A stretch of 64,000 nucleotides of DNA. Source: Sminthopsis crassicaudata. Taxonomy: Eukaryota. Below the pieces are notes generated by a model that was given only the letters and a program-made list of their open reading frames with translations, did no database searches and was not told the origin of the DNA. The stretch is taken from positions 302,327,765 through 302,391,764 of the forward strand of contig NC_133620.1 of assembly GCF_048593235.1 (NCBI RefSeq), read 5' to 3'. Position numbers and translations under genes: made by a program. Positions 52,898 through 64,000 of the stretch are shown piece after piece (the first letter of the stretch is position 1; each line of letters starts with the position of its first letter).

Positions 52898-53489
52898 ACC
52901 CCACAGTCTCGGAGAAAGGGCTTATGAGCACACGCACCAACACCGCCCTTGGGTCTTGCTTGCTCTTTGGGGCCCGGTACTGAATGAAGCAAAGGGCGTG
53001 CTTGGGTGGGGTGGGATGGGGTGTCCGGATAGGTCGCAGGTCAGCGTGGGGTTAACGTGGTACATGGTACCCCTGGTAAGTGTCCTCGTGTGCTGCCTAG
53101 GCGTTGGCAGGGTTTTCTGGAGCCGCGAATCGGGCTTCAGGTTTTGCAGTAAAGCCAGTCCGCCTATAGGGTTCTTGGGGCAGCTTCTTGCACCTCGAAG
53201 AGAGGAAGAGCGCAGCAGTGCTGGCTCGACGACTTGTATTGTGAGAACTTGGGTCCCTAATTCAATTCTTGAGCGTTTGTCGCTTATTCAAGTTCCCTGC
53301 GTACGAAAACTTCCCCCCCCCCCCCCAAGTCCAACCCAAGGCCTCACGGGGCCCTTCCTCTCGTAATTTTTTTTTTTTCTTACATACATTTTGCCCACTA
53401 CATCCTAAGCTCCTCGGAAACCTTTCTTTGAGGAAAACTGCCACCAGCCGCGTTGCGTTAACAGCTTTTTTTCCTTGAGATAATTGGGT

Positions 53490-53505
53490 GGCTCTGAAAA
53501 GAGCC
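53490..53505 (-). terminator. Histone 3' stem-loop of H2A
   Basis: GGCTCTTTTCAGAGCC-ACCCA, then HDE-like AAAAAAAGCTGT. Confidence 0.95.
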
Positions 53506-53537
53506 TTTACTCGGGGTGGCTGCTCAGGTGATCCTTT

Positions 53538-54664
<1,127 letters not shown>

Positions 54665-54702
54665 TCTACTTGGCAGCCAACATCCTAATTTACAACCCCA
54701 AG

Positions 54703-54718
54703 GGCTCTTTTCAGAGCC
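54703..54718 (+). terminator. Histone 3' stem-loop of H2B
   Basis: GGCTCTTTTCAGAGCC-ACCTA, then AAATAAGAGCT. Confidence 0.95.
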
Positions 54719-55374
54719 ACCTACTCTCTCAAAATAAGAGCTTTAACTACATGTCACGTTACACGGGGCAGCCTCTCCTCTCTGCTTGCTTTCGGGACTG
54801 TCCATCTCGATTGGGTGGCCTCCTATAAAAAGCAATAGGATTCTAAGCCCTCACCCCCCGCCCCGAGTGCCAGTTCGATTTGGTAGTAACTGTTAAACCA
54901 CGCAACACTACTCTACCTCGCCCGAGACCAGCTTTGCTCCAGATTCTCGCTGGGGGGCGACTACCCCCACCGCATTTCAATCTGGCTAGCTTTACAGAAG
55001 GCTCAAAACTGCACAGAGAGCAGATAAAACTCGCTGAGAGGGCGAACTGCTGGCAAAGCTGGAAAGCAGGGGAGACAAATTAGGTGCACACTCAAGGAAA
55101 TTCCAAATGTTTCCGTCACTTTAAAACGAATTAGAATTCGGAAAAATTGACCTCAGGTCTAGACGGGAATCCCTGCGACCCGGCTGCTGAGGAGCCGCAC
55201 AAGGTAAGAAGGACCTTTTTGATTACTGAAAGTAGAAAAGGGGGTCTAACCAAAAAAAAATAAATAAATAAATAAAAAATAATGTTACTAGGATTAGAAC
55301 GAATGGCCGGGGGTGGGGGTGGGGGTGGGGGCGAGCGAAGGGGGAGTCTCTAAACGAGTTTCATTTATTATTAT

Positions 55375-55470
55375 TTTGCTGAGGCATTCACACAGCTAGG
55401 AAGTGTTAATATGTCTGAGACCAGATTTAAATTCGCGTCCTCATGACTTCAGGGCTGGTGCTCTATCCAC
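55375..55470 (-). mobile_element. Partial WSINE1-like SINE
   Basis: CACACAGCTAGGAAGTGTTAA...GGGCTGGTGCTCTATCCAC. Confidence 0.75.
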
Positions 55471-55974
55471 GTTTAGTTATAAAAACTACTTGTGATTTTA
55501 AAAGGCCACAAGCCACAGAAAAATGGCCAAAAGACTTGAGCTGGGTAGTTTCAATGGAAGGAACAACCGGGGAGTGGAGAGGGAAAGGGCGGGGAACTGC
55601 TAGAAATATGCAAATTTAAAGCAACTACAACCATCCATCAGATGGGCAAAGATTACAAAAGAGGTAAATGAGAAATCTTGGAGGGATAGGCACATTGTTG
55701 TACTGCTGAGGCAAAGGGGCATAAATAAATCTTCTCCAAACTGATATGCTGTGTAGCTGGGACCCTTTCAGATAAGTAGATCTATTTCTTCCCACAGTCC
55801 ACCTCCTCTATTCCCTTTTGCTTGCCATACCTCCCTACCTCCTTTAATGAAATTCCCATTTGGCAGGGGATTATCCTCCATTTAATTTTTCGTCTATCTT
55901 TTCCCGACCCTTTATTACATGTTTTGTCTGTAAAAGAATATTTATAGGTCTTTTTTGTGGTGGTAAATTATTAA

Positions 55975-56460
55975 ACTTAGGGGATGTCCATCAATTGGGG
56001 AATGACTGAATAAGTTACCATATATTATATGAATGCAACGGAATACTGTTGTGCAATAGGAAATTATCCACAGGCAAATTTCAGAACAATATGGAAAGAC
56101 TTGTATGAAATGATGCAACATGAGATGTGATCAACTATGAATGACTCAACTCTTCTCAGAAACAAAATGATATGGCAAGTTCAAACGACTCAGGAAGGAA
56201 GATGCTATCCACATCAAGATAAAGAAATATCTATGCAGATAAAAGCACTTTTTCTACTTATTATTCTTTTTTCATTTTCATCTTTTCTTTTAGAGTTGTG
56301 GTAAGTATTGAAATATGTTTTACTTGATAGCTTATTGTTTATTATTTTAGGAATTGGGGAGGGAGAAAATTTGGGAAGTCAAAATCTTGTAGAAATGAAT
56401 GCTTAAAATTATCTTGAGGTATTTGGTAAAAATATTAAAATTAAAAAATCTTATAATCAA
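55975..56460 (+). mobile_element. Old L1 3' end relic
   Basis: GGATGTCCATCAATTGGGGAATGACTGAATAAG and a G-rich 3' UTR tract; boundaries approximate. Confidence 0.6.
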
Positions 56461-56673
56461 GCTAAAATTATCAATAATCACAATTTCACATAAGTTTGTT
56501 ATAAGAGAGATGAATATGCATGTAGAACCCAAAGTATCCATACAGAAGTTAGCATTTTTTATAACAAGGACAAAAGAGATACCAGAAAAATTTAAGTAAC
56601 AGGGCATAGCATAGTGTAGATTACCGGTTAGGTCTCTGGAGGGCTTCAGGGTCAGCTAGAGTCCTTAGTCTTT

Positions 56674-58271
56674 TTTTTTTTTTTTTTTTTTTAATCATAG
56701 CCTTTTATTTTCAAATTGTATACATGGATAATATTTTACATTCACCCATTCAAAACCCTGTAGTCTCATGTTTTTCCTTTCCTTCCTCCTTGTTCCCCTA
56801 TCAGCAAGTGATCCAATATATGTTTTTTAATATTTTTTTTTATTAATTTTTATAATTATAACATTTTCTTTGACAGTACATATGCATAGGTAATTTTTTT
56901 TTTTTTTTTTACATTATCCCTTGTACTCCCTTCTGTTCTGAGTTTTTCCCCTCCTTCCCTCTACCCCCTCCCCTAGATGGCAGGCATTCCCATACATATT
57001 AAATATCTTACCTAGGTACAATATATATGTGCAGAACTGAATTTTGTTGTTGTTGCACAGGAAGGATTGTATTCGTAAGGTAAAAATAATCTGGGAAGAG
57101 AAACAAAACAAAACAAAACAAAAAACAATGCTCACAGTTTACACTCATTTCCCAGTGTTCCTTTTCTGGATGTAGCTGATTCTGTCCATCATTGATCAAT
57201 TGGAATTGGATTAGATCTTTTCTTTGTTGAAGATATCCACTTCCATCAGAATACATCCTCATACAGTATCATTGTTGAAGTGTATAATGATCTCCTAGTT
57301 CTGCTCGTTTCACTCAGCATCAGTTGATATAAGTCTCTCCAAGCCTCTCTGTATTCCTCCTTTTGGTCATTTCTTACAGAACAATAATATTCCATAACAT
57401 TCATATACCATAATTTACCAAACCATTCTCCAATTGATGGACATCCATTCATTTTCCAGTTTCTAGCCACTACAAAAAGGGCTGCCACAAACATTTTGGC
57501 ACATACAGGTCCCTTTCCCTTTTTTAGTATTTCCTTGGGATATAAACCCAGTAGTAGCACTGCTGGGTCAAAGGGTATGCACATTTTGATAACTTTTGGG
57601 GCATAATTCCAGATTGCTCTCCAGAATGGTTGGATTCTTTCACAACTCCACCACCAATGCATCAGTGTCCCAGTTTTCCCACATCCCCTCCAACATTCAT
57701 GGTTATTTGTTCCTGTCATCTTAGCCAATCTGACAGGAGTGTAGTGGTATCTCAGAGTTGTCTTAATTTGCAATTCTCTGATCAATAGTGATTTGGAACA
57801 CTCTTTCATATGAGTGGTAATAGTTTTAATTTCATCATCTGAAAATTGTCTGTTCATATCTTTTGACCATTTATCAGTTGGAGAATGGCTTGATTTTTTA
57901 TAAATTAAAGTCAATTCTCTGTATATTTTGGAAATGAGGCCTTTATCAGAACCTTTAACTGTAAAAATGTTTTCCCAATTTGTTACTTCCCTTCTAATCT
58001 TGTTTGCATTAGTTTTGTTTGTGCAGAAACTTTTTAATTTGGTGTAATCAAAATTTTCTATTTTAATAATAGTCTCAAGTTCTCCCTTGGACACAAACTC
58101 CTTCCTCCTCCACAAGTCCGAGAGGTAAACCATCCCATGTTCCTCCAATTTATTTATGATTTCGTTCTTTATGCCTAAATCTTGGACCCATTTTGACCTT
58201 ATCTTAGTATGTGGTGTTAAATGTGGGTCCATGCCTAGTTTCTGCCATACTAATTTCCAGTTTCCCCAGCA
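56674..58271 (-). mobile_element. Young 5'-truncated L1 plus an extra 3' segment, inserted in the provirus 2 LTR
   Basis: Open 328-aa ORF2 C-terminus (57246-58232); TSD TCCTTAGTCTTT at 56662-56673 and 58272-58283; poly(T) at 56671-56692. Confidence 0.93.
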
Positions 58272-58883
58272 TCCTTAGTCTTTAGAGGTAGAAGTGAAGG
58301 AAGCAGGCAAGCTGCCATGAGGTTTGTCAAAGATCTCTCCTAGATTCCTGCTTCTCTCCTCATCCTGCTGCCAAGTCCTTCTGACTCTCCCTCCTCCCTC
58401 CAATCTCTGCCTATCATTTTTTCACTACCAAACATTCAGCAAGCACCAATGGTGTGAAGAGCCAAATATATGCTAATACAGCCATTGTCTCACATCAAAT
58501 ATAGTTTTAAGTGCTCTTTTCTCTGATTCAGAGTTTCAGCCCTCTACATCTCCTGCTTTCTTTTGTTTTAGAATACAGGTGGTCATACCCTCCCTGACTT
58601 CTAAGGAAGGGAGATGAAAAACACCAAAGGGAAGTGGGGAGTCAAGCCAGATATTGTTAGCAGGTTTCTGGGCTGAAGGTATACTAGAAACAGGTATACA
58701 CAAATCCATCAGCATGGGAGGTATTACACAAGCACATAGCAATAAAGCAGAGACTAGTAGTGATGACTTTCCCCACAGCCAGTACAGGCTCAATGTCGTG
58801 TAACAAACATGAATTGTACATGCAAGTAGTAATAGAAGAAATAATATGAATCACCATGGTATTGTAAAAGATTCCCAGAAGTC

Positions 58884-59270
58884 CTAGAAGGAGGGTTTGT
58901 AAATAACAATCACACATATGCCTCCTTCAGCAACCAAGAGATAGTCCAAAATCAATCTATTGTCCATTACTTCATGTGTCAGAGAATTCAATGATTCCTG
59001 CAAGTTTTTGAAGTCCTGCAACAGACTTACTATGTGTCAGGGAATCCAATGATTCCTGGAGATTTTGAAGTTCTGCAAGAGTCTCATCATGTCTCAGGGA
59101 ATCCAATGATTCCTGACACTTTTCAAGTCCTACAACAATCTTATCATGTTTTAGGGAATCCAATGATTCCTTAGGTTTTTAAAGTCCTATAATAATATTT
59201 TCACATCTCAGGAATTCCAATGATTCCTGAGGGTTCTGAAGTCCTGCATCAGTCTCATTAACAATTTTTG
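58884..59270 (-). pseudogene. env: env TM relic with five 57-bp repeats followed by the immunosuppressive domain
   Basis: AATGATTCCT recurs at 58990, 59048, 59105, 59162 and 59219; MDNRLILDYLLVAEGGIC from 58967 to 58914. Confidence 0.75.
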
Positions 59271-60750
59271 ATGTCCATGAAGCAAATGCCATGCTCTTTC
59301 AATGATGGGCACAATCAGCAATGGAACCACCCAATGTTTCTTGGGTCTTCTTTGTTTCATTTCTCTCCTATGGACAAGGTGAATATGGCTCATTGGCACC
59401 CATCTGATTCCTTCTCCATCTGTAGAGATACAAGCAAACCCTCTCCCCCAAGCAGTTAACCTATCTGGTCCCTTCTATTCACCACTTTATGGATCTCTCC
59501 AACATCACGTGGCAATTATCTAAAGACAGTGGAGCTGCTCCTACTGGACATTGCCCTTCTGGTGTGTTATACAACCTGTCTGCTGGAGCTAATGCATCTT
59601 TATCAAAAATTTTAAAATTAATGGTATAGAGAGCTAAATTTAGAAGTTCTCTAGGGTTTCCTGTGGCTCCCCCATTCTTTTGTTTTTGGAGGAGTGTCTT
59701 GATGACTCTGTTTCTATTGCCTGTCCTTGAGGATTAAAAAGGTGTGGTGTGTAAAATCTGATACTGGGCACAAAAATGTGCAAAATGTTTAGAAGTGTAT
59801 GCACGTCCATTTTCTGTTTTTATTGTTTGTGGCACACCCATGATTGCAAAAGCTTACATAAGGAATTTAGTGACCACTCAGGCTGTTTCTTTGACTGCTG
59901 GTATTGCAAAAATAAATCCTGAAAAGGTGTCTACTATAACATGGATAAAAGACAGACGACCAAAAGCTTTATAATGACTTACATCCATTTGCCAGATTTC
60001 ATTGGATCTCAAACTACAAGGGTTCTTCCCTGGAGGGAAAGTAGAAGCATGGAAAGGAAGGTAAGCTGTACAGTTTTTTACTATGCTCCTAGTTTCCTCT
60101 TTTGTTATCCCGAATTGTAAACATAAAGCTCGAGCAGCCTTTTGATATTTAGAAGATTCTTGGGCTTCCTGAAATAAAGGAGTATTGGCCAACATAATTA
60201 AAAGGCTATCTGCCTTTGAATTACCATCAAAAATAGGACCTGGAAGTCCACTATGAGAGTGGACATGCAAGATATAAAACTTACCTGGATGCTTTCTCAT
60301 TCGCTCTTGACATTCTTTGAAGAGCTGATATATATCAGAAGCTACAAATTTTATTGGGCTGTGGCAATTCTTTGTACCACACCTATTGAATAGGCTGAGT
60401 CAGATATTATATTTATATCTCCTGGATAATAAGTAAGAGCTAGCATGATTGAATACAATTCATTCTGCTGAGTGGATTGAAAAGGAGTTCTGACTACTCT
60501 TTTTATAGTTAAGTCATGAGAGTTTACAGCACAAATGTTATGTTTGGATGCATCTGTAAAGATAATTGGTCCTTTAAGAGGAACTTTAGAAATCTTTTCT
60601 TCAAGAATCCATTGCCAATAATGAAATAATCAGGTTATCTTTAATGGAGACCCATGTGTAAAATTTGGAGCCATGGCCAATAAAATTTGCCACTCTGGGA
60701 CGGTTCCACAGCATATATTAATTTGTTCATTGGTATAAAAGGTGTAGATC

Positions 60751-61853
60751 TTTTTTTTTCCCAATTGTTTTTTTTTTTTTTTTTTTATTTTATAATTATA
60801 ACATTTTTTTGACAGTACATATGTATGGGTAATTTTTTACAACATTATCCCTTATACTCACTTCTGTTCCAATTTTTTCCTTCCCTCACTCCACCCCCTC
60901 CCATAGATGGCAGGCAGTCTTATACATGTTAAATATGTTATAGTATATCCAACATACAATATATGTGTGCAGAACCGAATTTCTTGTTGCACAGGAAGAA
61001 TTGGATTCAGAAGGTACAAATAACCTGGGGGGGGAATGCAAACAGTTTACACTCATTTCCCAGTGTTCCTTCTCTGGGTATACCTGATTCTGTCCATCAT
61101 TGATCAACTGAAACTGAATTACATCTTCTCTTTGTCAAAGATATCCACTTCCATCAGAATGCATTCTCATACTGTATTGTTGTTGAAGTGTACAATGATC
61201 TCCTGGTTCTGCTCATTTCACTCAGCATCAGTTCATGTAAATCTCTCCAAGTCTTTCTATATTCAGACTGCTGGTCATTTCTCACAAAACAATAATATTC
61301 CATAATATTCATATACCACACTTTACCCAACCAATCTCCAATTGATGGGCATCCATTCAGTTTCCAGTTTCTAGCCACTACAAAAAGGGCTACCACAAAC
61401 ATTTTGGTACTACAGGTCCCTTTCCCTTCTTTAGTATATCTCTGGGATATAAGCCCAGTAGTATCACTGCTGGAACAAAGGGTATGCAGTTTGATAACAT
61501 TTTGGGGATAATTCCAGATTGTTCTCCAGATGGTTGGATTCTTTCACAACTCCACCAACAATGCATCAGTGTCCCAGTTTTGCCACATCCCCTCCAACAT
61601 TAATCATTATCCTTTACTGTCATATTAGCCAATCTGACAGGTATATAGTGGTATCTCAGAGTTGTCTTAATTTGCATTTCTCTGATCAATAGTGATTTGG
61701 AACACTCTTTCATATGAGTGGAAATAGTTTCAATTTCATCATCTGAAAATTGTCTGTTCATATCCTTTGACCATTTATCAATTGGAGAATTCTTGATTTC
61801 TTATAAATTAGAATCAATTCTCTATATATTTTGGAAATGAACCTAATCAGAAC
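60751..61853 (-). mobile_element. 5'-truncated L1 inserted in pol of provirus 2
   Basis: ORF2 C-terminal relic, 3' UTR and T runs at 60751-60786; pol reading continues across the insert (..RIRPDK|IYTFYTNEQ..). Confidence 0.9.
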
Positions 61854-63183
61854 AAAACATATATGTCTTGTCAGGTCTTATCCTAGATAATTGTACTGCT
61901 TGTTTAATGGCCTTTAATAAAATTCTAGCCACAAGCACTGGGTAAGGAATAAGGCTTTGTTCTGGTTATACTGGGAGGTTCACCACCCTATCATGTCTCC
62001 TTGATGAAGGACTGCTGTGGATGCCTCTTTTGTAGCAAAAACTAATATTTCCAAGGGTTTTTGAGTGACTCAACCACATTGGATAAAGCCATTTCAACTA
62101 CTCTTAAAGCCTCTTGAGCTTCTTTTATAAGCTGGCATGGTGAGTTTAAAGCACTGTCTCCCCTTAAAATGTTATATAATGGTTTCAATTGATAGGGAGT
62201 CAACCCTAACACTGGACACATCCATTGGATATCCTATCAATTTCTTAAAGTCATTTAAGGTGTTTAGCTTCTCTGTTCTTAACGAAAGCTTTTGTGCTGT
62301 AAGCACCTTAGGGCATACTTCATATCCTAAATATTGAAAAGGAGCATATCTTTGAATTTTTTCTGGAGCTATATGCAACTTATACTTCCTTAGTGTTTCT
62401 ATGGTCTTTTATAGACATGTTTCTAACATTTGCTCCTCAGGTGCACATCCCAATATATCATCCATGTAATATAACAACATTACTTTTGGAAATGCTTTTC
62501 TTACTTGAGTAAGAGCAGCAGCTACATACACTTGACACATAATAAGGCTGCTTTTCATTCTTTGTTGCAAAACTGTCCATTCATATCTTTTATAAGACTT
62601 AGCTAAGTTAACACTAGGCACTGAAAAGGCAAATCTTTTCATATCCTTCTTATCTAGAGGGATAGAATAGAAACAATCCTTAATGTCTATAACCCAAAGA
62701 GGCCATTCTCTAAGCAATTGAGTAGGAGATGGTAGTCCAGGCTGGAGTTTTCATAGTTTCCATCTGCTCATTTACTCTTTTTAAATCAGTCAACATCCTC
62801 CATTTTCCAGATTTCTTTCTTACAACAAATACAGGGGAATTCCAAGGACTTAAAGAAGGTTGTAAGTGTCCTTGGTCAAGTTGGTCCTGTACGTTATCTA
62901 ATAAGGACTGAATTTTATCATTCCTAAAGGCCACTATTCTATCCACACTGGTGTATCAGTTTTCCATTGAATAGGATCAGGTGAGAATGTTGGCAGGCCT
63001 TCAACAGCATCCCTGCCTAAAAAACTGAAGTACACATTTGTAATCCTAATTGTTGTAAAATGCCTCTTCCCCACACATTGATGGGGATTTTTTCAACTAC
63101 AAAAGGAGAAAAAACTCCTGTTTCACCTTCAAATGTCCATATCAAAGGGATAGCACTAACTTCAGCTGCTATTGATCTTCCTA

Positions 63184-63300
63184 TACCAGAAGGTAAAAAT
63201 AACCTGGGAAGAAAACCAAAAATGTAAACAGTTCACACTCATTTCCTAGTGTTCCTTCTCTGGGTGTAGGTGATTCTCTCCATCATTGATCAATTGGAAT
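63184..63300 (-). mobile_element. Short L1 3' UTR fragment
   Basis: GAAGGTAAAAATAACCTGGGAAG...CATCATTGATCAATTGGAAT. Confidence 0.75.
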
Positions 63301-64000
63301 TGTGAGAAGACCCTTCCCCAAAATGATTACTCAGAGATCATTCAGCAGAAAGCAGAAAAGTTGTTTATTAAAACCTCTGGAGAATGAGCCTTCTCATCAT
63401 GAGATAAGAAAGAGAAAGCTCGTGGTAGGAAGGCTAAAGAATTAGTAAAGATGCACAGCTTTTATAAGTTATGATATAAAGGATTACATCACAAGTTGGG
63501 GAGCATTGAGAAATAGGTGCTCTTTCCTCTCATTGAATGTTAAAATAAACATTGGTGCCAAAGGCAGATTAGAGTGTAGTGCTTTGTTTCCCTGGTTCCC
63601 AAAGGGATCATCAATCAGACCTTTAAACTTCAGATTACTGAGCTGACATCATTTAAACTAATAGTCTAAATATTGATAACATTGAAAAAAAGGATAATAT
63701 ATCCAAAGTTTTAAATAAATATTGGCTTGCACCCATCATACTTATGTAGGTCACAGAGAAATAGAAATAATAAAAAATACAGAAAAAGAATGTAAATATT
63801 CCTATAAGTTCTTCACCTTAGCTCTCCATTCCACAGAACTCCCCCCTTATAATATGTAAATGATTTTTATCACATTTCTATAAAGAACTTACAACACCCA
63901 TTCAAGTTAACATATCTACACATTGTTTATCAAGTTCACCATCAAGATCATCCTTCTCTAATACATTCCAGACTTTTCTCTGAAAAATCATCATTTTAAT
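63301..64000 (-). mobile_element. 3' LTR (63835 to 63301) and adjoining internal sequence of a further ERV running off the window
   Basis: TGTGG...CTCACA ends on the minus strand, preceded by PPT-like AAGGGGGGAGTTC; AATAAA (TTTATT) near 63364. Confidence 0.6.

Larger units (their letters stand above)
56615..63183 (-). mobile_element. Defective betaretrovirus-like provirus, copy 2 (gag and 5' LTR missing), with two L1 insertions
   Basis: 3' LTR TGTAGA...TCTACA (58548 to 56615, split by L1), PPT AAAACAAAAGAAAGCAGGAGA, env relic, IN (WQMDVSH..HVIVDTFSG), RT (YMDD) and a pro fragment; RT is highly similar to copy 1. Confidence 0.92.

Noticed and set aside
54809-54830. GATTGG plus TATAAAA promoter-like pair downstream of H2B
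   Set aside because: No ORF, histone relic or RNA gene follows; short motifs can occur by chance in a CpG-rich flank.
58990-59230. Regularly spaced repeats resembling a CRISPR array, and the GAAACTGAGGCAGAACA arrays in LTRs
   Set aside because: Eukaryotic context, the inter-repeat sequences are homologous to each other rather than unique spacers, no cas genes; explained as env tandem repeats and LTR U3 repeats.

Overview
Vertebrate replication-dependent histone gene cluster (HIST1-like, since it includes a somatic H1) from a marsupial, probably a dasyurid; the taxon is inferred from WSINE1-type SINEs and the L1 3' UTRs. Eight intact, intronless histone genes each carry a 3' stem-loop and downstream purine-rich element: three H3.2-type (one with I62V), two H2A, one H2B, one H4 and one H1. 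An old H2A pseudogene is split by an L1, and two H2A/H2B-type promoters have no intact H2B partner. The rest is mostly transposons: L1 fragments, SINEs, CR1/L2 relics, many solo LTRs, two related betaretrovirus-like proviruses in opposite orientation, and two N gaps. The most unusual signals are: (1) an apparent L1-retroposed, polyadenylated copy of a gamma-like ERV RNA (R-U5-PBS-env relics-PPT-U3-R-polyA) inserted antisense into a solo LTR of its own family inside a multi-layer nest; (2) a beta-like ERV env TM whose HR1 segment is amplified as in-frame 57-bp tandem repeats; (3) an L1 3' transduction. All alignments were done by eye; no database searches were run.
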